Virus genome (UHGV): UHGV-0182431
DNA from: a virus
Reading direction: 5' to 3' (one strand)
DNA: 38,180 nucleotides
Notes under the pieces: generated by a model
The model's input: the letters and a program-made list of their open reading frames with translations, nothing else
Told to the model about the DNA's origin: nothing
Database searches by the model: none
Translations under genes and position numbers: made by a program
Part shown: positions 7,626 through 16,776 of the stretch, in pieces
How positions within the stretch are numbered: the first letter of the stretch is position 1
Layout: every line of letters starts with the position of its first letter

Positions 7626-7640
7626 GTTGCAAAACGCAAC
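7626..7640. promoter_or_regulatory. Fourth operator directly after the cro stop codon
   Basis: GTTGCAAAACGCAAC, identical to 7390-7404. Confidence 0.8.
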
Positions 7641-7643
7641 ATT

Positions 7644-7749
7644 TCCGCCATCGTACCGGGTGCAGGGAAAAATATCAAAAAACTTAATAAAAACATGACT
7701 GATTAGTGTTACATTCTTCCCGACTCCCTGCATCCGCTACGGTGGCGGA
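7644..7749 (+). other. Long-stem RNA structure between cro and xis
   Basis: 25-nt arms 7644-7668 and 7725-7749 (two G-U pairs, one mismatch) around a 56-nt AT-rich loop. Confidence 0.7.
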
Positions 7750-7800
7750 GAGCAAACCCCAAAACGCAGAAACAACATAAAACAAGAAAGGATGATAGCC

Positions 7801-8073
7801 ATGACACCAAGAATGCGAACTATTGACGAGGCATACGGTGAAATCCTCAAAAACGATCCCCAAACTTCAATCACAAAAACGGCTTTTCGTAGATTCGTCC
7901 GCATGGGGCAAATTCCGAGCGTAAAGATCGGTAGAAAAACCTTTGTAAGCCTTGAAGCGGTCGCAAGATTTTTCTCTTGCGGCATTGAACCATCAGAACC
8001 GACACCCACCACATCATCAGCAATGATACCCGAGAACAGCGAATTTGTTCTCAAACTCGTGAAAGGAGCTTAA
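7801..8073 (+). CDS. Excisionase-like DNA-binding protein (HTH_17-like)
   Basis: RMRTIDEA...GQIPSVKIGRKTFV; RBS GAAAGGA. Confidence 0.75.
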   Translation: MTPRMRTIDEAYGEILKNDPQTSITKTAFRRFVRMGQIPSVKIGRKTFVSLEAVARFFSCGIEPSEPTPTTSSAMIPENSEFVLKLVKGA

Positions 8074-8076
8074 TTT

Positions 8077-8415
8077 ATGTCTGAAACAACAGAGAAAGCC
8101 CTCACAAAGATTACAGAAAAGCAATCCCAATACAACGAAAATGATAAGCACTACTGGATTGCCGAGCAGGTTAAGGATATCGCCGCCGAGAGTGACGACA
8201 ACGCACAACACATTTTTAATGATCTTGACGATGACAAAATGTCGCTCAAGGAGATCGAAAAGAAAATAGCCAAGTATGCTGAAGCTCACGGCGGATGCAC
8301 ACCGCCGAAGGCTGCCGATAAGATTATCCGTGATTTCTTTGGCTTAGCCGAGCTTGCAGAAAAGCCGAAATCGCAGGCGCCTGCCGGAATCCTCGATCTG
8401 TCGGATTTCATGTGA
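8077..8415 (+). CDS. PcfK-like protein
   Basis: Helical 112-aa protein immediately before pcfJ, ending LDLSDFM; RBS GAAAGGAG. Confidence 0.55.
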   Translation: MSETTEKALTKITEKQSQYNENDKHYWIAEQVKDIAAESDDNAQHIFNDLDDDKMSLKEIEKKIAKYAEAHGGCTPPKAADKIIRDFFGLAELAEKPKSQAPAGILDLSDFM

Positions 8416-8426
8416 GGTGGAGGCAT

Positions 8427-10343
8427 ATGGAAATTAAACATAGATGCTCCGCTTCTCTTTCGACATTGGAGGACCGACAAAAATTTGCAGCGCTTCTCCC
8501 CGAAGTGCCGCGTCCGGGTATGAAGGATTGGATCAAAAAAGAATTCTACGACTCCGAGCTTGGCGGTGACTTCTGCGTATTCACACGAAAATCAATCTGT
8601 GTTGAGGATGAGCAAATCGGCAGAACGATGTCAGCTGATGACTGGAAACGCTATGAATCAAATGCTCACTACCACTGGGCAGCAGAATGTCACTGTACCG
8701 CCTGCGGGATGAGATTTATCACCGGTTGGAACAAAAACCACCCGAACAAGAGATATGGCATAAGAATGTATGTCGGCGACGATGGAGAAAATTACGATGG
8801 ATACATTCCCGAAAATGCGCTTCCGGACGTTGATTTTATGACCTACAACGAGGGCTACGAAATCACTTGTCCGAGGTGCGGAGAGAGAATCTCCCTTATA
8901 CACCGAAACCGGTTAAAGCACGGCAGGACATATCAAATGCTCGCAACAAGCATCGAGACTGTCGACAATTACACTGTCCTTATAACCTGGCGAGCCAGAC
9001 GTTACATAGGTCAATGGGGTCCATATGCCTTAGATGATTTTTTTGAAATACTCCCTCGCGAGGCGCTTTTAATTGACGGCCGCAAGGCGTATAGATTTAA
9101 GCACTCGATGCTTCCGGGCATTTTTAGCGCCGAGGTCCAACTTGGTGAATGGGAGCCGACTAACTATTACAACGACGATCTTGCTTATCACCGCTATTAC
9201 GACTACAACGCCGGAGGAACTTACAAAATAGATGCGGTGGTGTATCGAAACGTTCCTGATTTAACAGGAACAACAGGCGAAAAAACAGGGCTCGCCGAAT
9301 ATGTCGACGGACACATAGAGAGACTCGAGCCGCTTATATTTGCTTACCTCAAAATGTATCGAAAACATCCAAATATAGAAAATGTTGTAAAAAGCAAGTG
9401 GCGAACAGTTCTTGACAGCGAGCTCCGCCGTCTCGCAAGAAACGAAAATTACGCATATTCTGCAAAATATAGCGTTGACACGGATCTGTTTAATTTCAAT
9501 GAGAAAGCTCCGCACAAGATGCTCGGTATCAGCAGACAGTCTTTAAAACATGACTTTTGCTGGACTTGCGAAGATCTCAGAGAATATGACTTTTGGAAGT
9601 TTACTTTTGAAAACGTTACTGAAGAAGATTTTGACGATTGGTTAGGCTTCTTTGAGGATCCAACTCTCAATAGCTTAGCAATCACTCTTTCAGACTATGA
9701 CGACGGATATAACTATAAGAAAGTAATCAATTACCTTATAGATCAAGAGATTTTTGACGATGCGAATGTTGCTGCTCAAACTTGGGTTGATTACCGTGAG
9801 ATGCTCGGCGGCGGCGAACATACATACCGTGAGATTTTTCCGAAAAATCTTCGGCAAGCCCACGATGACCTCGTCGAACGCACGGAAGCTGAAAAGCAAA
9901 GCAAATATGAAGCTAAATTCACCGAGCTTGCAGAGAAATATTCCGCTCTTGAATGGAGCGACGGCGATCTCTGCATCAGAATAGCACAGAATGAACAGGA
10001 ACTCATTGACGAAGGCAAAGTGCTGCATCATTGCGTCGGAGGCTACGGCCATAAACACGCATCGGAAAGTGACGTCATTTTCTTTGTACGCCATTACCGC
10101 CGCCCGGAACGAAGCTATTATACGCTTGATATCAATATGACAGGTTCCGTTCCTTGCGAAGTACAGCTTCACGGTTACAGAAACGAGCTTTATCCGTCAA
10201 AGCATTTTAGACGGAGTGCGATCCCGCAGAAAGTACGTGATTTCTGCGACCGGTGGGAAAAAGAGATTCTTATTCCGACGGTTGCAAAGATGAGAAAAGA
10301 ACAGTCAACACCTGTTAAACGAAGAAAGGAGAAAGTTGCATGA
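8427..10343 (+). CDS. PcfJ domain-containing protein
   Basis: DYREM...FPKNLRQAHD and ELIDEGKVLHHCVGGY...IFFVR; N-terminal CxxC pairs. Confidence 0.9.
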   Translation: MEIKHRCSASLSTLEDRQKFAALLPEVPRPGMKDWIKKEFYDSELGGDFCVFTRKSICVEDEQIGRTMSADDWKRYESNAHYHWAAECHCTACGMRFITGWNKNHPNKRYGIRMYVGDDGENYDGYIPENALPDVDFMTYNEGYEITCPRCGERISLIHRNRLKHGRTYQMLATSIETVDNYTVLITWRARRYIGQWGPYALDDFFEILPREALLIDGRKAYRFKHSMLPGIFSAEVQLGEWEPTNYYNDDLAYHRYYDYNAGGTYKIDAVVYRNVPDLTGTTGEKTGLAEYVDGHIERLEPLIFAYLKMYRKHPNIENVVKSKWRTVLDSELRRLARNENYAYSAKYSVDTDLFNFNEKAPHKMLGISRQSLKHDFCWTCEDLREYDFWKFTFENVTEEDFDDWLGFFEDPTLNSLAITLSDYDDGYNYKKVINYLIDQEIFDDANVAAQTWVDYREMLGGGEHTYREIFPKNLRQAHDDLVERTEAEKQSKYEAKFTELAEKYSALEWSDGDLCIRIAQNEQELIDEGKVLHHCVGGYGHKHASESDVIFFVRHYRRPERSYYTLDINMTGSVPCEVQLHGYRNELYPSKHFRRSAIPQKVRDFCDRWEKEILIPTVAKMRKEQSTPVKRRKEKVA

Positions 10344-11299
10344 GTGAAGAACTTGCAAAAAGAGATATTGATTGTATCACCGAAGAAATACAAGAGCTTA
10401 AAACCGAGGCACAGTGCCTCATTGTACATTATGTTTGTAAAATCGGTAAAAAGCTGACTGAGGCGAAAGCTATACTTCAGCACGGCGAGTGGGCTGAATG
10501 GCTCGAAAATGAGGTCAATTTCAGCCAGCGTACCGCGACAAACTATATGAAAATCTATGAGGAATACGGATCGAATCAGATGTCGATCTTTGGCGGAAAT
10601 TCGCAGGCGATTGCCAATTTGGGTTATACGAAAGCACTTCAGCTTTTGGCAATTCCGGCATCGGAGCGTGAGGATTTTGTTGAAGAAAACAACGTTGACG
10701 AGCTCAGCACCCGCCAGCTTGACGATCTTATCCGTGAACGCGACGAGGCTTTAAAAAGAGCTGAGGAGGTTGAAAATATACAGAATCAGCTTGAAATTGC
10801 CAATGCCGCTGCGAAGAAAAAGGAATCTGAAGCGGCAATCGCAAGTAAAAAGCTAACTGAGGCACTCCAAGAAAAAACACAGCTTGAAGAAAAGCTCAAA
10901 AAAGAAAAAGATCGAGCTAAAAAGCTAAAAGATAATCCAAAAATTCCCGATGAACTCAAAGAAAAGCTCAAATCGGAAGCCGAGCAAGCAGCAAAGACAG
11001 AATACGAAGAGCAATCCAGAGCGCTCGATGAACGCATTGCAAAAGTTGAAGCAAAAATCCGAACCGCCGAAGCTGAAAAGGCAACAGCGGAAGCCAAAGC
11101 CGCCGAGCTTGCAAAAAAGCTCAGCATGTCAAGCACTGAGGTCACGGAGTTTAAAACCGCCTTTGAACAGGTGCAGACCTGGAACAGAAAATGTCTTAAC
11201 ATTATCGGCAGAATTGAGAATCCGGAAACTGCCGCAAAACTTAAAACCGCAATGCAGACGTTTCTCGCACAGGCGCTTGAAACAGTGAAAGGAGAATAA
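10340..11299 (+). CDS. DUF3102 domain protein with coiled-coil C-terminus
   Basis: IGKKLTEAK..LQHGEWAEWL...FSQRTATNYMKI. Confidence 0.88.
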   Translation: MSEELAKRDIDCITEEIQELKTEAQCLIVHYVCKIGKKLTEAKAILQHGEWAEWLENEVNFSQRTATNYMKIYEEYGSNQMSIFGGNSQAIANLGYTKALQLLAIPASEREDFVEENNVDELSTRQLDDLIRERDEALKRAEEVENIQNQLEIANAAAKKKESEAAIASKKLTEALQEKTQLEEKLKKEKDRAKKLKDNPKIPDELKEKLKSEAEQAAKTEYEEQSRALDERIAKVEAKIRTAEAEKATAEAKAAELAKKLSMSSTEVTEFKTAFEQVQTWNRKCLNIIGRIENPETAAKLKTAMQTFLAQALETVKGE

Positions 11300-11302
11300 G
11301 CA

Positions 11303-11602
11303 ATGAGCAATCTTATTTTAGAAGCCGAAAAATTATTTAAAAAATCCGCTCTTACGGCTGATCACAAGTTTTTTGTTGAAGCGATAAACAAAATTTCAGT
11401 ACAAATCGGCACCGCCATAAGCCCTTTAACGCCGGCGAACAGGCCGTTTATTGCAGCGGTCATGATGAGATATGTTGATTTTATCAAAAAAGATTTTGAC
11501 ACCAATGAAATGGAAATATTTTATGAAATGCTTAGAGGTCTTGGAAACACAGGTGCCGAATATATCGTAACAATGCCCATGCCGAATAAAGGAGAAAAAT
11601 AA
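11303..11602 (+). CDS. Hypothetical protein
   Basis: RBS AAGGAG; tight operon spacing. Confidence 0.75.
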   Translation: MSNLILEAEKLFKKSALTADHKFFVEAINKISVQIGTAISPLTPANRPFIAAVMMRYVDFIKKDFDTNEMEIFYEMLRGLGNTGAEYIVTMPMPNKGEK

Positions 11603-11603
11603 C

Positions 11604-11855
11604 ATGAACACGCTTACCCTACTTTATATCTTTTTCATTGCAATTTCGATCGTTTTGACGATCACACTCTTCGTTATGAACGACAGCTGCAAAAAAGCTG
11701 AAGAGCTTAACACTGTCATTCTTGAAGAGTATCAAAAGGTTACTGATGACCACAATGAGCTGATTGAGAATTACCGAAAGCTTGCCGAGGAAAACAAAGA
11801 TCTCAAAGCTCGCTTGCTTTACGAAAGGACGAAGGATGATGCAAACGTTCTTTAA
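11604..11855 (+). CDS. Hypothetical protein with N-terminal membrane anchor and coiled coil
   Basis: Hydrophobic N-terminus; RBS AAGGAG. Confidence 0.75.
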   Translation: MNTLTLLYIFFIAISIVLTITLFVMNDSCKKAEELNTVILEEYQKVTDDHNELIENYRKLAEENKDLKARLLYERTKDDANVL

Positions 11856-12195
11856 GTTTCCTCCGGATGATTACGGCCGGACGCTCGACATGAGCGATCA
11901 CACGATGCAGCTTGAGCGCGAAGAATACTGTAAAAGAATTGGCGAACCAAAGTTTTTTCCCATTTCAGACGATCAGCACCGAGATTTTGAAATCGAAATG
12001 TCTGTCAAATATCGAAAAGAATTCATCGAATATCTTAAGGCACTCGGCGGACTTAATGTCGCTTCTCTTACGATTGCGGCCATGAATAAGAAATCAAATC
12101 TAATTGACCATTACATAGAAAAGAGACGGCAGAATGAAAGAAAAACAGCTCTTTCCGTGCGACACGACGCATCTCGCTCGAATGATGTTGCGTGA
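11836..12195 (+). CDS. Hypothetical protein
   Basis: RBS GAAAGGA; fills the operon gap. Confidence 0.65.
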   Translation: MMQTFFKFPPDDYGRTLDMSDHTMQLEREEYCKRIGEPKFFPISDDQHRDFEIEMSVKYRKEFIEYLKALGGLNVASLTIAAMNKKSNLIDHYIEKRRQNERKTALSVRHDASRSNDVA

Positions 12196-12505
12196 GGACG
12201 ACGGAGATCAATCGTATGTCATACAGTCCGACTACAACAAAGGCACAAAAACGTATGAAAGTGAGCTGATCATCCCAGTCGGCTCACCGACTGCTGAACT
12301 TGAGGCTTGGAACGCTTATCTCGGTGCGCAGGATACGGCAGTTAATAAAATTCTCCGCGAGCGTCCGGAGCTGAAAGCTTATTTCGCCGAGCTTGCTAGA
12401 CGGATAGAGTTTTCCGATTCGGCGGCGAGCATTGAATCAAATCTTCAAGAAGAATTGCTCGGATATACGAATTATAAAAGTAAATTCTATGGATTTTGGA
12501 GGTGA
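12134..12505 (+). CDS. Hypothetical protein
   Basis: 123-aa ORF in the early operon; start uncertain. Confidence 0.65.
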   Translation: MKEKQLFPCDTTHLARMMLREDDGDQSYVIQSDYNKGTKTYESELIIPVGSPTAELEAWNAYLGAQDTAVNKILRERPELKAYFAELARRIEFSDSAASIESNLQEELLGYTNYKSKFYGFWR

Positions 12506-12509
12506 AAAT

Positions 12510-12692
12510 ATGGTTTACGTTCAAACAACAAAAGATGTCTCTTGCACTATTGAGGGTGACCGAATTGAGTTAAACAAAGAACTCGAATGCTACATCGTCC
12601 ACCACGGCAGTGAAATAATCGGGGCTTTTGATGTAGGTTCCGTACAATTTATATATAAGACACAACGAAAAACAGGTGAAAGTCAAAAATGA
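12510..12692 (+). CDS. Hypothetical protein (60 aa)
   Basis: RBS GGAGGTG; ATGA overlap with the next gene. Confidence 0.7.
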   Translation: MVYVQTTKDVSCTIEGDRIELNKELECYIVHHGSEIIGAFDVGSVQFIYKTQRKTGESQK

Positions 12693-15190
12693 CATACGAT
12701 GATTTTTTAAACAACAAAGTCTGCATTGCGGAGGACAGCGGATTTGATGTTACAGACGATGAAATCAATCCGAATTTAAAGCCGCATCAGCGTGAAGCTG
12801 TCAAGTGGGCGTGCAAGGGCGGCAGACGTGCATTGTTCGAGTCTTTCGGTCTCGGAAAGACGGTACAGGAACTTGAATTCTGCCGCTTGGTATTGAAACA
12901 TGAAGGCGGTCGTGCGCTGCTTGTTTTGCCGCTCGGCGTTAGGCAAGAGTTCACACATGACGCCGTGAATTTACTTGACATCGATCCTCCGAAGTACGTC
13001 CGAACAATGGACGAGATTGAATACTGCACAGATGAAATATGCATGACTAATTATGAGCGAGTCCGTGACGGTGACATTGATCCGAAATATTTCTCATACG
13101 TATGCCTTGATGAGGCGTCGGTTTTGCGCTCGTTCGGTTCTAAAACATATCAGATGTTTTTACCGAAATTCAAGGGTATTAAGTATAAGCTTGTCGCAAC
13201 AGCAACGCCCGATCCAAACAAATATAAAGAGATTATACATTATGCAGGTTATCTTGAGGTTATGGACACGGGACAGGCTCTAACAAGATTTTTCAAGCGT
13301 GACAGCACGAAAGCCAATAACCTTACGCTCTATCCGCACAAGGAACAGGAGTTTTGGTTGTGGGTGTCATCGTGGGCGCTGTTCCTTAATTCACCGGCTG
13401 ATCTCGGATTTGATTCAACAGGATATGATTTGCCGCAGATGGATATACGGTATCACAAACTGACATCAGAGATCAGATATCAGACAGATCGCAGAAACGG
13501 TCAAGTGGAATTTGAACTTGATGCTTCACAGGGGCTTACACAAGCGGCGAGAGAAAAGCAGGACAGCCTTGAAGCTCGTATAGCTTGTATGAAAGAAATT
13601 GTTGACAGCGCACCGAACGACCATTTTATTTTATGGCACGACCTCGAAAGTGAGCGGAAAGCGATTAAAAAAGCTCTGCCGGAGGCGGTTGAGGTTTACG
13701 GTTCGCAAGATCTCGACATCAGAGAGAAAAACACAATTGATTTTTCTGAGGGCAAAATCAGACTTCTTGCGACAAAAAAGATTATCAGCGGTTCTGGCTG
13801 CAATTTTCAGAAACATTGCCACAGGGCAATATTTGTCGGCATTGATTACAAGTTTAATGACTTTATACAGGCAATACATAGAATTTATCGTTTCTTGCAG
13901 ACTGAGAAGGTCATTATCGACATTATCTACACTGCAAACGAGCAAAGCATACTTGACGAGCTGCTTGCGAAGTGGGACAGATTTAATTATCAAGCTCAAC
14001 AAATGTCTGAGCTTGTCCGTAAAAACGGAATAAGTCATAAAGTTATTATGGAGAAAATGAGAAGGTCAAAAGGAGTGAAAAGAGTGGAAGTCAAGGGCGA
14101 AAGATTTACGGCGGTCAATAATGATTGTGTTGAAGAAACGAAGTCAATGCCGGAGAACTCGGTTGATTTGATCCTCAGCTCAATCCCGTTTTCAAACCAC
14201 TATGAATACACACCGAGCTATAACGATTTCGGACACAATTCCGATAACGATAAATTCTTTGAGCAGATGGATTTCCTTACGCCGGAGCTTCTCAGGATTT
14301 TAAAGCCCGGAAGAATTGCGGCGATCCATGTCAAAGACAGAATTCTTTTCGGTAATGCAACCGGGGACGGAATGCCGACGGTTGATCCTTTTAGTGATAT
14401 GACGGTCATGCACTTTACAAAGCATGGCTTCCGTTATATGGGAAGAATTGTAGTTCTAACGGATGTTGTCAGAGAAAACAATCAGACTTACCGCCTCGGC
14501 TGGACAGAACAGTGCAAAGACGGCACAAAGATGGGCATCGGTTGCCCTGAATATGTTCTGCTATTTAGAAAGCTGCCGACGGACACCACAAAAGCATACG
14601 CGGATATACCTGTCACGAAAGATAAGGCAGATTACACCCGTGCACAATGGCAGCTTGACGCACACGCTTTTTACCGCTCGAGTGGAGATCGTTTGTTGAC
14701 AAAGGAAGAAATCAAAAAAATGACTGTTAAAGATATCCAAAAAGCATATAAAAAGCATTCAGAATCCAATGTCTATAACTTTAATCAACACGTAGCAATG
14801 ACCGAAGCTCTCGATGAGGACGGCAAACTCCCGGCAACGTTTATGATGATGCCGCCTGCTTCGTGGTCGGATCAGATATGGGATGATATCAATCGTATGC
14901 GAACGCTCAATACAACTCAGAGTCAACGCTGTAAAAATTTGCATGTTTGTCCGCTTCAGCTTGATATCGTTGAAAGAATAATCAACAGATATTCCAATGA
15001 GGGCGACCTTGTCCTTGATCCGTTCGGCGGACTTATGACGGTACCGTACACGGCCGTAAAGCTGAACCGCCGTGGTTACGGAATTGAGCTTAACGCTGAT
15101 TATTTCCGTGACGGCGTCGGATATCTCAAAAGCGCCGAAGAGCAGTGCGACACGCCGACTTTATTTGACTTTATAGGCGAGGGAGCGTAA
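12689..15190 (+). CDS. SF2/SNF2-like helicase fused to a beta-class N4/N6 DNA methyltransferase
   Basis: GLGKT, DEAS, TATP and QAIHRIYR motifs; MTase motif IV SIPF before motif I DPFGG. Confidence 0.9.
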   Translation: MTYDDFLNNKVCIAEDSGFDVTDDEINPNLKPHQREAVKWACKGGRRALFESFGLGKTVQELEFCRLVLKHEGGRALLVLPLGVRQEFTHDAVNLLDIDPPKYVRTMDEIEYCTDEICMTNYERVRDGDIDPKYFSYVCLDEASVLRSFGSKTYQMFLPKFKGIKYKLVATATPDPNKYKEIIHYAGYLEVMDTGQALTRFFKRDSTKANNLTLYPHKEQEFWLWVSSWALFLNSPADLGFDSTGYDLPQMDIRYHKLTSEIRYQTDRRNGQVEFELDASQGLTQAAREKQDSLEARIACMKEIVDSAPNDHFILWHDLESERKAIKKALPEAVEVYGSQDLDIREKNTIDFSEGKIRLLATKKIISGSGCNFQKHCHRAIFVGIDYKFNDFIQAIHRIYRFLQTEKVIIDIIYTANEQSILDELLAKWDRFNYQAQQMSELVRKNGISHKVIMEKMRRSKGVKRVEVKGERFTAVNNDCVEETKSMPENSVDLILSSIPFSNHYEYTPSYNDFGHNSDNDKFFEQMDFLTPELLRILKPGRIAAIHVKDRILFGNATGDGMPTVDPFSDMTVMHFTKHGFRYMGRIVVLTDVVRENNQTYRLGWTEQCKDGTKMGIGCPEYVLLFRKLPTDTTKAYADIPVTKDKADYTRAQWQLDAHAFYRSSGDRLLTKEEIKKMTVKDIQKAYKKHSESNVYNFNQHVAMTEALDEDGKLPATFMMMPPASWSDQIWDDINRMRTLNTTQSQRCKNLHVCPLQLDIVERIINRYSNEGDLVLDPFGGLMTVPYTAVKLNRRGYGIELNADYFRDGVGYLKSAEEQCDTPTLFDFIGEGA

Positions 15191-15193
15191 CAA

Positions 15194-15607
15194 ATGGAAA
15201 ACAAGATTTATATTGCCGGAAAGATTACCGGTGATCCGAATTATAAAGAAAAATTTTCAAAGATGGAATCAGAGCTTCTGAAAATACCGGGAACAACCGT
15301 GATTAACCCTGCAGCCCTTCCGACAGGATTGAAACCGGCTGATTACGCAAGGATTTGTTTTGCCATGATTAACTCATCGGACATAGTTGTTTTCGCACCG
15401 AATTATAAAAAAAGCCAAGGAGCACTGCTTGAGATGCAATACTGTAGATATATTCAAAAGACGTGGGTACACTTTGAGGAATATATAATGCGGATGCAAC
15501 CTTGGAACACGATACAATCATCGATTATCAAGTCTTTCAAAGAAAACGTTGATGATCTCGTAGCTGACATAGCTGCGGTAAATCGAAATAATTTTAAAAT
15601 CTTTTAA
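15194..15607 (+). CDS. DUF4406 / nucleoside deoxyribosyltransferase-like protein
   Basis: KIYIAGKITG...VINPA...SQGALLE. Confidence 0.85.
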   Translation: MENKIYIAGKITGDPNYKEKFSKMESELLKIPGTTVINPAALPTGLKPADYARICFAMINSSDIVVFAPNYKKSQGALLEMQYCRYIQKTWVHFEEYIMRMQPWNTIQSSIIKSFKENVDDLVADIAAVNRNNFKIF

Positions 15608-15624
15608 AACGGGAGGTGAACTAA

Positions 15625-16026
15625 ATGATAATAACATGTCCCAAATGCGGACAGGCTCTGATGAATGAAGATAATCGAACTTTGACTGATACTGAAGCCG
15701 CCGAGCTTGCGTTACAAACCTGCAACTGCCCAGCCGCCCGAGCTTGGCGAAGTAAGGAAAGGCAGATTGACGAAGCTTGTTTTAATATCGAGTCGCTTTG
15801 CGTTGCGAATGCGCGCGAACTCGGCATGACGGAAATTGAGAATGATGAAATAATCGACATTCTCAAGAAAACAGCTCGCTTGATTGCCGATGCTAAGGTT
15901 TTTGACCTGACTGTTACGACCGTCGGCCACGGCAAGGTTAAAATCGGCAAATCGGGCAAGGGATCAATTTCTGTCAAGCGCACTGTCGGTCATACGGAAG
16001 AATTAAAAGCAAACGAAAAATATTAA
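15625..16026 (+). CDS. Hypothetical Cys-containing (CPKC...CNC) protein
   Basis: RBS GGAGGTG; putative Zn ligands. Confidence 0.75.
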   Translation: MIITCPKCGQALMNEDNRTLTDTEAAELALQTCNCPAARAWRSKERQIDEACFNIESLCVANARELGMTEIENDEIIDILKKTARLIADAKVFDLTVTTVGHGKVKIGKSGKGSISVKRTVGHTEELKANEKY

Positions 16027-16040
16027 GGAGAGTTTTATTT

Positions 16041-16433
16041 ATGAAAAAGTATTTTAAAAAATGTATCGCTGTAATTTTAGCGATCATACTTGTCAGCGGC
16101 TTGTTTCAGGGCTGCACCGAAGCAGAGCGCGTAAACCACAATCTGAACAGACAGGCAAACTATTTCGACTGTGAACGCAGGGTAACTGTTTACAACGCCC
16201 GAACCGATAAGATCATCCTTTATATCGAAGGATATATCGATATCTCAAACAATACAACTAACGAGCTTGTTGTTACCGCCAAAACCTCAAAAGATACATA
16301 TAAAAAGAACTATGTCTATCTTAATGACTACACCTTATATGTAGTCGAAGATATCGGCGGCACACACTCTGACCCATACCATTATAAAGTATTTTTTGAC
16401 ACAAACGTTATTCCGAGCGTTGAAGTTAAGTAA
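16041..16433 (+). CDS. Phage lipoprotein-like protein
   Basis: Signal peptide ending FQGC; beta-rich body. Confidence 0.75.
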   Translation: MKKYFKKCIAVILAIILVSGLFQGCTEAERVNHNLNRQANYFDCERRVTVYNARTDKIILYIEGYIDISNNTTNELVVTAKTSKDTYKKNYVYLNDYTLYVVEDIGGTHSDPYHYKVFFDTNVIPSVEVK

Positions 16434-16445
16434 GGAGGCGTTACA

Positions 16446-16646
16446 ATGGGCATCACAGAAATTTTGACACTTATTTTTGTTGTCTTGAAAGCATTTAAGG
16501 TTATTGACTTTACATGGGTTCAATGCTTTATTCCTGAGATGATTGCAGGTGCTTTCTATTTTATAATGTTGATTCTTTATATAGTAAAAAGCCATCGCAT
16601 TAAGAAAACGATTGAAAAAGAGTTTAATAATTTTGACCATATCTAA
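16446..16646 (+). CDS. Small membrane protein
   Basis: EILTLIFVVLK...W; two hydrophobic segments; RBS AAGGAGG. Confidence 0.8.
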   Translation: MGITEILTLIFVVLKAFKVIDFTWVQCFIPEMIAGAFYFIMLILYIVKSHRIKKTIEKEFNNFDHI

Positions 16647-16653
16647 CTCAACA

Positions 16654-16749
16654 AACTTAATACATGGGGTTCGGCTCTGCCGAGCCCCTCGGTGCTAAAA
16701 AATGACGGACTGGAAAAGTCCGTAAAGGGAAAGTATGGTGTATTAAGTT
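16654..16749. other. Candidate replication origin / structured element upstream of rep
   Basis: Outer IR AACTTAATACA/TGTATTAAGTT enclosing hairpins 16666-16688 and 16705-16723. Confidence 0.5.
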
Positions 16750-16776
16750 ATCAACAAAACGAAAGGAGGAAAACAC

